Positions 32,962-64,000 of a stretch of DNA of 64,000 nt are shown here, piece after piece. The stretch is taken from assembly GCA_030141605.1 (NCBI GenBank), contig JAQGDQ010000190.1, positions 1 to 64,000 of the forward strand, in the 5' to 3' direction. A model generated the notes under the pieces. It was not told the DNA's origin and ran no database searches. It saw only the letters and a list, made by a program, of their open reading frames with translations. The translations under genes were made by a program, and so were the position numbers. Source of the DNA: Tubiluchus corallicola (lineage: Eukaryota; Animalia; Priapulida). Positions within the stretch are counted from its first letter, which is position 1; every line of letters starts with the position of its first letter.

Positions 32962-35900
32962 TTAGCTATGATATAGTATAAGAGCTAGCAAAACAATGAC
33001 TAGTGATAACACAAACCCAGCATTCAGTTGCAGAGCAAACACAATTACAGACAACGCAGTACCACAGCACATAGCTGACGAAATCATAAACAGTTTTGTT
33101 ATGCTGGACCATTTCTTCATAACCATGGACAGGATTAAACCATTAACTGTCTAAAAATAAATAGGCAAACACTATAACTCGTTATTGAGATCAGAAAAAT
33201 AAAATCATTGTCTAGTGAATGGCTGATGAAACTGATTAAATTTCACTAATTTTATTACTAGTCAGAACATAGAACTCTCTCTCTCTCTTGCGCTCTCTCT
33301 CTCTCTCTCTATATATATATAGTTATTGCAAAATGTTATTGTATGCTGTTTAAGTAAGCATGGTGGTACTGGCTACAGATGACCTAGAAGTAAAAAGAAG
33401 TTTTTGTGTCCCGAAATTCATGCTCAATTTACAAGCTTCTATATTTACTGTAAGTCTCTCGTTCTTAGATTTTAGTTTAATCTTTTCAGCAATAACATAA
33501 CTGTGACTGTAAGTCACTGAAAATAAAAAAGTTACTATACTACTGCTTACAAGTTAAGACTAAAGGCTTATAGTTAAAACTTAGCAAAAAGCTCAATGGA
33601 ACCTTTAGATACTGTCTCTTTTTTGACACCCAACAAAATTTTGTTAGGTTATCATCAATTTATTATCATCATCGTCATCGTTGCCATCATCAATGTCACC
33701 ATCATCATCATAACAATCATCATTAGTATCATCATAGTCACCAAAATCATTATCAGTCCATCATTTAGACCACATTCAACCAAACAGAGCAACTGTGAAT
33801 TACTATAACCCTAAAAGAAAGTCATCATCATTGTCACCATCATCATCATCATCATCATAACAATTATCATTAGTATCATCATAGTCACCAAAATCATTAT
33901 CAGTCCATCATTTAGACCACATTCAACCAAATAGTGCAACCGTGAATTACTATAAGCCTAAAAATCGTCATTGTCATCAACATCATTGCCACCATCATCA
34001 TCATCGTCACTAGCATCATCCTTGTCACCAAAATCACTATCAGGCCTTCATTAAAACCATATTCTATCAAGCACTACAATAGCAATTACAATAAGCCTAT
34101 AAATCATTCACCTTTCTAGATATCATGCAACAAATTAATTAAATATTAAAATTCCGAATGACTCACCTGTGTTGTAATAATGAGAAAAGTGTAAACAGAA
34201 TGTCCATCCAACCAACTGATACCATCGTCTTTTGAAAGTAGTACAGCACCACCATTCAAACAAATGCCAAACATATACATGATGGTATTTTGTAAAGACA
34301 ACGGCAACTAAAAAAGAATTATCGTATTTGATAAAAAATTGAATGAAAATGAATTTGTGCAATTTATGGTGGTTTCATTTTGGCTTATCTATTGTTGACT
34401 GCAGTGGCAGCTCGTGTATGGGCACTGTGAAACTGCAGCACCCCTTATTTTCACTCGATATTATCGATAACATTCAATATAATGAATCTTTTTTTCTTTA
34501 ATTCTTTCTTCATACTTGTATGTTATATACTTAAGCTTAATGTCAGTAGCCATTAAGTTCCTTAGTTCATGAAAAAATTACAAAAGTCCTTTATCATTGC
34601 GCTTCACAGTTCCAGCAACGCAATTTTTGGCTGTTGCGCACATGCGCACGTCCGAGATAAGAAGCTGCACGCTAGGTAGAGAGAACACTGTCGTTCACGC
34701 AGTGCCGACCTGTTGTGCAGGTGTAAGGTAGTGTTTCTTTTTGATTGAATTTTCTTTTTATATGTTTGTTTCGTGTTACACAATATTAAAACAATGGCTA
34801 AAATATTCTGAAGCCGCATCCTCACTAATTTTAACTACAATCAGCTACTATGGGTTGACTGATCCTGCATAATGCAAAGTAACTAAACTGTAAACTTTTC
34901 AGTATGCACAGAGGAAAAATTACAATAAACGTAGTTATTTGTATACCTGACTAGAAGATTTTAGCACATACTCTGTAGAAACACCAGCTAAGCCAGAATT
35001 TAAACAATAAACAAACATCAATACCATGCCAGTTGGTGTTATATGGACCTCAGAGGAGTTTGCTACATGACCATTTGCTTTCAAACCACCTATACTAAAT
35101 ATATAGAAACAAATTGAATGGCCTAACAAAATATGGCTAGAGACGCATCGAATGCTTAGAATGTAATGATTTTAATTTTTTAAACACAGCATAGCTGCAG
35201 TCAATTCTAAATTACATTGTAACATGCTAATTTGAAAGAAATTGTACTGCTTATATATTTTATCAGAAATACTAAGCCCATTAATTCTTTTTACTATCGT
35301 CATGTTGTTTTTATTACTAATCGTGTGAATAATCTTGACTGCTAACACTTTTTATTACTTATGTTAACAATAATATTACAGTTCGATCAGTACTATATTA
35401 TATAAGAACACTCAAATACACCATTTCAATTGTTGTTCTGTTGCAAGCTACTAAAATGTTATTTGTGATTAGGTGATTATAAAAAATTCACTAATTAGCA
35501 TTACACTATAAATCAATGCTTTGCTAGTGTTAAATGCTAATTATTAGAATGATGTTATCTATAAATCTATTGGAACGTATATTTCATAAATACTGGTGTT
35601 CATATTACTTACTAACATCCTTTGCGCTGAGATGGGTTGTGTAACATGTTGCCTTAGTTGTGCTTCTACTCATTTTATGCATTAAAGTAAGAATAATAGT
35701 AAAATTATTAGCACTGCATTGAAAAATTTCTTAAATTTCACAGAAATATATCAAACTTGGAAAAATACTGAAACAAAGTACCTGTTCATAAGTCCAGCAA
35801 TGAGCAACAGGAAAAGTGATGCCCACAATCTCCTTGACAATTTTCTGCAATTAAAAAAAATTAACAGACTTGAGCAGATGAATCCCAATTACATTCTAGC

Positions 35901-38900
35901 TTATATCGACAGAAGAAAATGAAATTTTTTGATACAGGTCTGCACATTGAAATCCATGACTTAGAACACTCAATGGCAGGACCAACTTGATGACAGGGCC
36001 AGCTTGATGACAGGGACGACTCAATGGCAGGGCCAACTTGATGACAGAGCCAGCTTGATGACAGGACCAACTTGATGACAGGGCCAGCTTGATGACAGGG
36101 ACGACTCGATGACACAACCAACTTGATGGCAGGGCCAACTTGATGACAGGGCCAACTTGATGACAGGGCCAACTTGATGACAGGGACAACTCGATGACAC
36201 AACCAACTTGATGACAGGGCCAACTTGATGACAGGGCCAACTTGATGACAGGGACGACTCGATGACACAACCAACTTGATGGCAGGGCCAACTTGATGAC
36301 AGGGCCAACTCGATGACACAACCAACTAGATGATCCAACCAACTTGATGGCAGGGCTAACTTGATGACACAACCAACTCGATGGCACAACCAACTTGATG
36401 ACAGGGCCAACTTGATGACATGGTCAACTCAATGGCAGGGCTAATTTGATGTAAAGGCATTCCTGCAGGAGTGAAACCTGAGCAATCAGCAACTGGTCGC
36501 AGTGTCTTGGCTATGCTTGACAATATTTACATCATCCCTACATGAGAGGAACGGATGAAAGCAGTGCACCAGATAAAAACACTCAAAAGCAGAGTTCTTA
36601 GCACCAGTCTACCATCCACTTGCTAACTAAGCTGGGTGTTTATGTAACATTTGTCACAATGATGCACTGAAATAGCTCAGAAACTCTCAATTCAAATAAC
36701 ATCATTCATATTGCTTTCAGCATTTAATAATGGAAATTAAGGTCATAAGTTTTGGCTTGTAACACGAAAGTAGCTGAGCAAAAATGTTGAACTACATTAA
36801 AAATGCATTTTTTGCAGTCTGAATAGCATTGCAAAAATTTAAAAAACTAAAGTATGCGCAATAGCATGGTGGGTAATGCAAATCATTAGTTCAGTACTTC
36901 AGTTGTTTTACGTGGACTTGACTTAATTATGCATTAGTCTGTGCGTAGAGTGATTTGCAAGCAAGATCTTCCTTAGGAACAAGAAAAAATAAACTAGGTG
37001 AGGTTCTAGCTAGCTCTTAAAACTGTTAGTATTACAATAGCATGGGTTCCGAGGCGCTGTCAAGTTTACACAAATATGTTGTCTGGTACACTTAACCTTT
37101 GACCTTTTAATGATCAATTGCTGGAACTGTGAAAAGGCTTATTTAAACAAGACTGTTACATTGCTGCTCTTAATATTAATGGAAATAAAAACTTTCTCAC
37201 TAACTAACCTTTTCATGATGATTCTGTATAAAATGCTTGTTGAAATAATCTTCAAATTACACAAAACCTATCAACAGATACAGAAGTATGAGAAGCTGTT
37301 ATATCTACAGACACATAAGCTTGATCTGACTTTTGAAAATTAAAACCCGACAATAATGACATTTGAAGCATATGATCTTAGTTAGAAAATCTGATAAAAA
37401 GCTTAATATTGTGAGTTTGTCACAACAACTAGGGATGTAAAACCGAATGTTTATAAAGTTACACAGTTGCAAAAAACTTAACAGTCTTAGTAGACTCAAA
37501 ATTGGCAAATTTCTTTATAGTTTAAACTGTAGAGCAAAATTAGTTAAGCTGGCAAACACAAGCCAAAAACCAACAATTGTACATTTGCTGTCACTGACTT
37601 TTCCTCAGAATGCTAAGTAAACATCACCCAGACACAATTTTATACAAAACAAAACAATGATTTACATATAATTATGTTAAGTTACATCAGATGACTAAAA
37701 TTGACAATTTAATGCATTTATTACAAGAAAATGATAATGGTTTAACAGTTTTCATAAAGAGTGCCCTAGTACACAGTTTTACAACCTACTAAATTTTGTT
37801 TTTAAAGGCCTATATAACTCCAACAGGCATTGAAGTTTTGTAACACATTATTATGATAACACAAAGAAATTATAGTTATTATTAAACAAAAGAGACTTAT
37901 AAATTAAATTACTTACCCTTTCCTGGTGAATTTTGAACACCTGCATTGCTGTAAAGATTGCTGTGTTTCACGTCCTTCATGCGAATGACGTACAAAGCAC
38001 GGAAAGTATCTTTGGTTACCGATGTTTGTTTACCGATCTTTGGTGACCTTGTGACTCATAATGTTATTCGTCTCACGCAGAGAAAAATGGCAGTTCTTCA
38101 ACTTTAATACAGCTAACAACCGAAGTGATAAAGAATCAAGAGAAAGAAGTTTTACAGTAAGTTTGCAATAAAATAAATTGAATATTCATAATGAGCATAG
38201 GATTTTGAGTTGTAAAAGCTTATATTACAGTGAGAGTTTAGTTTGACTTTAGCGTTTTAGTAAGGCTGGTGTGTACACATCAGCTCAGAAATAAACAAAA
38301 ATAACCTTTTTAACCTTGTTCGTTCTTACTTATGCGCCAAGCACGCTTGTGTTAAATATGCCTGGACTATACAACGAGTAAATGTCAATTAAGCAGTAAT
38401 AAGTACTCACATGAAATGTTCCAGCATCCATGTATGACTGCATATAAACAGCTAGATTATTATTAACCATGTAAAGCACAGCAGGGAAAGACATTTTCCA
38501 AAATACAGACTTCAGATCCATCAGGTGAACTAGCATAGGACCTTTTGTAAAATAAATCACCAATGATATAATAAGCTGAAATAAAAAATAAGTTCAAGCA
38601 GTTAGTAACAAAGAATGAAAACAATTATTAAAAAATATGTTTGACACTGGTGCCATCTTAAATTGCTTGATTATGACTATGAAAACTAGAATTAACAAAC
38701 CATCGCAGAAGTTCAACAACAATTAACGTAGCAGCTAATGAGATGAATAAGGAAAAGGAGATGTTGATAACTGTAAGCCAATTGAGACTTGAACCTATGA
38801 CCTCGGAATTGAGCTACTATGTTAATTGTGATGAACATGGTTCAATAAAGAGATACAAAAGTTACTGCAACTAGAGAAGACAATGTCAAATGCATTATTA

Positions 38901-40644
38901 TAACATTATCTCAATAAACAACTCTGACTAGCCTTTCTAAAATTCATAGTACGATGCAAGTTACACTTTATACATTATCCACAAATACTGGTTAATAAAA
39001 AACTCAGCTTGAGCACTCTAAGTCTAAAAATTTCATAAGTTTGAGGAAATCAGGGATGAAGGTTTTGACACATTAGTAGAATGATACATATGATTAAAAC
39101 AATTGAAGTTATTTAACTTGTCAGAAAAAACGAAAATTTTTATTTAGCCTAGACCTATATATCAGAACATTTGTTATTATATTTGTTATACCTTAGAAAG
39201 TTCAATGAAGAACACAATACTGGCAGTGTTGTACTGTCGATGTCCATTCACTTGACTCAATTGCACTAGCACTCCATATGACCCATAGCACATCACACTG
39301 TAAATAAATAATTATTTACAAAAAATGTAAAAAACCTGCATTCCGTGCCATGTTGTCATTCTAACAACAGTTCAAGTTACTTCACTTAATACAGTCAGTT
39401 CGCAATGCAGAATTACTGACAGACATGTACATAAGCGAGTAATGTAAAGTCACAGTGTAATGTTATTGGTTACAAATTCTTAGAATATTTGCTTACAAAA
39501 CAAAAAACATCAAATGAGCCTTTTTTTGGAAAATTAAGCTTTGGCACTCAAATTTATCTGTCTGCACGTGTGTGACTAGTTTCTTCTAAAATTAGTAAAA
39601 TTGCTTGATTAGCCTATCAAATACATGAGCATAGTTTTGTCATTTTACGATATTTTTATTAATCTTAATACAACTTTACAACATAATGAAAAAATTGCAT
39701 ACAAAGGTAATGGAGGCTTCTGCTGGTAGATGTACTATAAAAACACCAGACAGGAGTGACAAACGACAAACACAGTGGATCATATGCAAATGTCACATTA
39801 AGTCGAAAACTATTAGGAGCTGTAAAGTTGGGAACATATTGTCTATTAAGCCTTTTCACAGTATCATTGTGCGGATGCGCAAGTCAACGGTTAAGTATAC
39901 CACAACAACACGTCTTAACTACAACCGTTATGTGACATGTATGTAAAGCAAAATCGTCTGCTGCATCAGTTCAGTAACTTCAGCAGTTTTACTTGGACTT
40001 TACTTAACTATGCATTAGTCTGTACATAGAGTGATTTACTGCTTGGGAACAAGAAAAAATAAACTAGGTAAGGTTCTAGCTAGTTGTTAAAACTGTTTCC
40101 ATTACAATAGCTTGGGCTGCAAATCATTGTCATGTGTACACAAATGCGTTATCTGGTACACTTAACCATTGACCTTTTCACGATCATGATCACTTGCTGG
40201 AACTGTGAAAGGGCTTATCAGTCTATGACCAATGATTGTAAAATTCTGATTAATAAATAATAGGTCAATAGATCAGAATAATAATTATTATTCAATCTGA
40301 CTGAAAATAACAATTTTTTTACTACAGTATTAATTCTAAGTGAACGGCATAATCGGTCTAGTCTTAATTTTGTAAAACATAGGTTTTGTGCTAGTGCGTG
40401 GTGAGCATAGAGATGAATACCGTGTACTATCACTTGGTTTTACGTTCAACACAAATAGACAAGTGTTACGACACTTTAAATATTCCAAAAGCAGTTACCC
40501 AATTCCTATGGCGCATCCCGATAGAAATGACCTGCGTTTAGTTATAAATTCAGTGTCAGACTTTTCTATGTAGTGAGGTAATATAGTATTTTTTGAAATT
40601 TTATACAAATATTTTTTATAACAAGCAACACTGGACATCGCCAT
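32962..40644 (-). CDS. SLC35A4: Nucleotide-sugar transporter, SLC35A4-like
   Basis: Eight phase-compatible exons: 40644-40499, 39297-39192 (VMCYGSYGVLVQLSQVNG..IELSK), 38575-38411 (PAVLYMVNNNLAVYMQSYMDAGTFH), 37267-37209 (VLCNLKIISTSILYR), 35844-35782, 35094-34947 (SGLAGVSTEYVLK), 34307-34167 (LPLSLQNTIMYMFGICLN) and 33150-32962 (NGLILSMVMK..ILYHS*). The family is clear. The subfamily call rests on recalled motif similarity. Confidence 0.88.
33660..34100. repeat. (ATC)n-rich block duplicated about 3 times with divergence
   Basis: GTCACCAAAATCA(T/C)TATCAG..ACCA(C/T)ATTC recurs three times. Confidence 0.75.
35970..36450. repeat. 17-bp minisatellite (GCCAACTTGATGACAGG)
   Basis: Direct reading. 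It explains the repetitive ORFs at 35861-36410. Confidence 0.93.
36870..37142 (+). mobile_element. MITE family A, partial copy
   Basis: Shares GAACAAGAAAAAATAAACTAGGT..CTGGAACTGTGAAAAGGCTTA with 39847-40217. Confidence 0.8.
39847..40217 (+). mobile_element. MITE family A, full-length copy
   Basis: TIRs TAAGCCTTTTCACAGT and ACTGTGAAAGGGCTTA. Confidence 0.85.
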
Positions 40645-41769
40645 GTTGCTATTACGAAAGACTACAACCGCTAAAACGAATTTTTATAATAATGGCAGAG
40701 AGGGCAGATTGCAGGCTGGAAAAGGCAACTTTTACATCCTGATCTGGAAATGACATAATTAAATTCTATTCATTTATTAACTCCTCAAGAATTATCAAAA
40801 TACAGTATTGGTAGAAATACATGCATTATATAACAAAGGAGAAGGGCAGCGAACAACCCATAGGTTATCTAGTCAGTCACCCAATAAAATTAATTTTTGG
40901 CACCATAATTCAATTTAGATTTGAATTTTGTTGACGTGTGTAATTGGCAATGATGGGAAACGCAATACTGTAGAACATTATAATTTAATAATCAAAAATT
41001 TGAAATTCTAAAAGTCATAAAATGTATGACTAATAATTATTAAAATATTACAATAATTATTAAATTTATAGACGATTTTGTACCATTTCGCCTACAGATC
41101 TCAAACACGAAGGCAAGAGAGAGCATTATTCGTTTACAGAAAGCATGACAAAGTTAAAATTTTAAAAAATAGTAGTTTTCTAAGACATTTCTATGTTGAA
41201 AAATGTCTATTGAAATCATTGAATGAAGGAAATTATGGCTATACGGATTATTACGGTTAATCTTAAAGCAAATTCGATAAACAAATACTATAAGAGCGAG
41301 AATATAATGAACAGAACTATTTTGTTATGTTGCAGAGAACTGAATACTAGGGAACACCTTTCTGAATGTCTAAAACAATATATGCCAATAAATGGAGCCT
41401 ATTTCTCCATTTGAAATGAAAAGTTATTCAATTCAAAAGGTTTATTTATCTCTAATATAATATTTATAGGGCAAATACAACAAATTATGTAAAGTGTGTG
41501 GAGATGGGGTGGCGAAAGACCAGGAGGTCATCGAGTCAGCCACCCCTATAAGTTAGATTGTATGTCAATGAAGTGCTTCTGTTAAAGATGAGGAAATAAG
41601 AAAAGAAAGTCATGACAAAGCAAATGATATATGTATATACACTATATATATATAGTGTGATTTATAAATAAAGTAAACTTGTGTAATTGACATCGATAAC
41701 AGTCACTTTTATTGATGTCTGTTTGCTCGTCCATTTTAATGAAAAGGATAGAGCGTATTCACAGAATAT

Positions 41770-41880
41770 TAGCAAGTCATAATAAAGTGAAATTTATTCT
41801 TAATACACGTCACTGTATTGTGTCAAGTGGTATCCCCCAAGGAAGTGCTGTGAAGTCCAGCTTTTTTATGATTTTCATTA
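41770..41880 (+). mobile_element. Degenerate non-LTR reverse transcriptase fragment
   Basis: VSSGIPQGSAVKSSFFMIFI resembles the RT motif GVPQGSVLGPLLFLIYI. Confidence 0.5.
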
Positions 41881-43855
41881 AAGTCTGTCACTTTAAATTT
41901 AAAGTAATCATTGTTATATCTGTTAATTTGTTGAGAAAATATTACTGCTTTTCCCAATGTAAATTTTGTTTGGATTTATTAGCTTTCATGTTAAAAAAGA
42001 ATGCTATTTGGGTATATTACATTTAATTTAACACAGCAACAATAAAAAGTCATTTTCTACAAATATGAATGCTTTAAACTGCTCGCAACTCAGCTATAAT
42101 TTTGTGTATTTTTAATTTCCATTTAAATTACATAGTACGTGTCAGTATCTGAATAAACACTATGTTTTCCACTTACTATATAATGGCATATAATGATCTC
42201 CTTAAGACAGTTTGGTAATATATGGTTAACTACTCAATATGTTGAAACATGTACAAATCACATAGGAGTTGTAATAATAAAAACTTGAAATAATTACAGG
42301 CACTGTTACATTATAAGGAGATGTACGACAACAAAAAAGCCAAACAAAAAAGTCAGTTTTGAAACATGTATTCAATACTAGTCGACACTTTAGGCAATTT
42401 TGTAACTGCAGTACATAGTTACAGTAAAAATTTCTGCTTTCCATATTCTAAGACAGACAATGCAAATGAAAGCTTAGCAGCAGAAATTTAAGCCATCGCC
42501 CCAATGGTGCCAACATAATTTCTTAAGCAGTCATTGTAGAAAACAAAGCTAAGTTTGTTACATATATAAGTTTAAGAATAGTACGGCCTTATCTACAACA
42601 ATGGACACTATAATATGTATATACTAGCGTGATAAAATGTTAAACGTGTGATAAATACATAATTATATGTAAATAACTCTACACACTACAGTAGAATGAA
42701 ATAAACACAATCACAGATAAATAGACATCTATGACAATATATAAGATTAATTGTACAGTTAAAGGGGTAAAAATGTACATGAACTACAGTACTTGCTCTG
42801 CTTAGATTAAAACACGTGAATTTACACAAATTTTAACAAAACAACATAATTTTCTGCTATTTTAGCAGATAGTCTTAAACAACATGATTTTAGCTTAATT
42901 TAATCAGTGGACAATAAAATGATAGCGACCTTCATATAAATAGTAACAACTAATTGTACTTGCTAAAAGACTTTACAGTGAGTAGCTTACAGCAATTCTG
43001 AATCACCTTGAAATTTTGAATAATAATTAACACATTTGGAAACCTAATATTATTAAGCATTATCAACTACCATTTCTATAATCTTTCTCCTTTAAAAATA
43101 TTAAGAGAGACAATGTAAATGAAAATACACATCTTAAATAAAATCACAAGTAAATTACCATAAGTGTTATTAAAACCAAAGCTATTAAACTGGTCTCTTA
43201 TTACATCAATTACCTATACGTGACTTAAAAAGAATTTCACAGTGCAGAAGTATAAAGACAACGTACTTGATGCATCCATTGTTGGAATTAATATAACAAA
43301 TGATGCAACAATAATCACAACAGCTACAATTGTATTTTCCATACCAGCAGAAACCTAGCCAAGTTCCAATAAAATTGTTGCATTTGCAGTAATTTATCAC
43401 CAGTAAATAAATTTCTTTACTGTCAAAATTGGAATTGTGCTTACTGTAATAAATGGAAGGAAAAAACTTGTTCTAGTTAGTTTGCTGTACATCGTAGCAG
43501 GATATTTAACTAGGTTCCCTGCTTTGCTAAATCATAATTTTATAAATCATACCACAAAGTTATTTACAAAAGCACACCATTAAAGTGAATGTAGCTCACA
43601 GTTCACTAGTTTACATGATTAATAAATGATAATTATCAGCAATTTTTCACTAGCTGCTTTAAATGAAAAGCTTTGTTCCTGTAACGAACGCAGTCAAAGT
43701 ATGAGGTAAGTCACGAGAACTTTTGACTGACTTTCAGAGCAAATGACTCAGACTAGAAGTAAAGCTACGTGTAAGCACAATAAGGCCAATGAAATTTACA
43801 ACTTGAGATGCTACAAACTTTGGTACCAAGTCGATCAGTGCATGCCAGACACATC

Positions 43856-63647
<19,792 letters not shown>

Positions 63648-63877
63648 CTTTAATATCAAAATCAATATGAAACACAATACGATAACGAAAATCTGTGTGC
63701 ACTTAAGTGGTGTGCGCTACCTTTACTGGTAAAAAAACTAGAATTAAATCATAAATTTTGACACATTGGAAATACTATACTATCCTTTAAGTAATATAAA
63801 AGTACTACTACTATTCTTTAGTCACTTGGGTTTTTGTAAATTTTAACACATAATAATAATTGTATTATAACAACAAC

Positions 63878-63999
<122 letters not shown>

Positions 64000-64000
64000 A

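Noticed and set aside
39293-39359. Apparent premature TAA (39314-39312) after the ATG at 39359, suggesting a transporter pseudogene
   Set aside because: That stretch is intronic. Exon 40644-40499 (phase 2) splices in frame to the acceptor at 39297 and gives an intact first TM helix.
40499-40750. Upstream microprotein ORF like that of vertebrate SLC35A4 mRNA
   Set aside because: The upstream ATG exon splices in frame into the transporter, and no separate homologous ORF was recognised.
41505-41545. GGGGTGGC..GCCACCCC hairpin as a hammerhead ribozyme
   Set aside because: The CTGA and GAAA core elements fall on opposite strands. It is more likely a LINE 3'-end stem-loop remnant.

Overview
AT-rich animal (probably arthropod) genomic DNA with four intron-rich genes that I reconstructed exon by exon. 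They are a typical 2-Cys peroxiredoxin (+, CDS about 1588-9724), the C-terminal half of kinesin-3 unc-104/KIF1A (+, 17193-28249), an SLC35A4-like nucleotide-sugar transporter (-, 40644-32962) and the chromatin remodeller Mi-2/CHD3-5 (-, from beyond the right edge to 43856). The strongest anomaly is that three consecutive, intact unc-104 exons (15629-14625) lie on the MINUS strand, pointing away from the phase-compatible next exon on the plus strand, so the gene cannot be cis-spliced as assembled. The candidate explanations are an assembly inversion, a real intragenic inversion or trans-splicing. Other notable items are a short RTE retroposon whose 5' end is a twister ribozyme starting at its cleavage site, peroxiredoxin splice sites amplified into minisatellites, a 20-copy CRE-containing array upstream of the peroxiredoxin, and a tRNA-like core inside a foldback element. 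Many MITEs and tandem repeats are present. Most ORF-track entries are repeat or antisense artefacts. All coordinates were read by eye and no database search was run.
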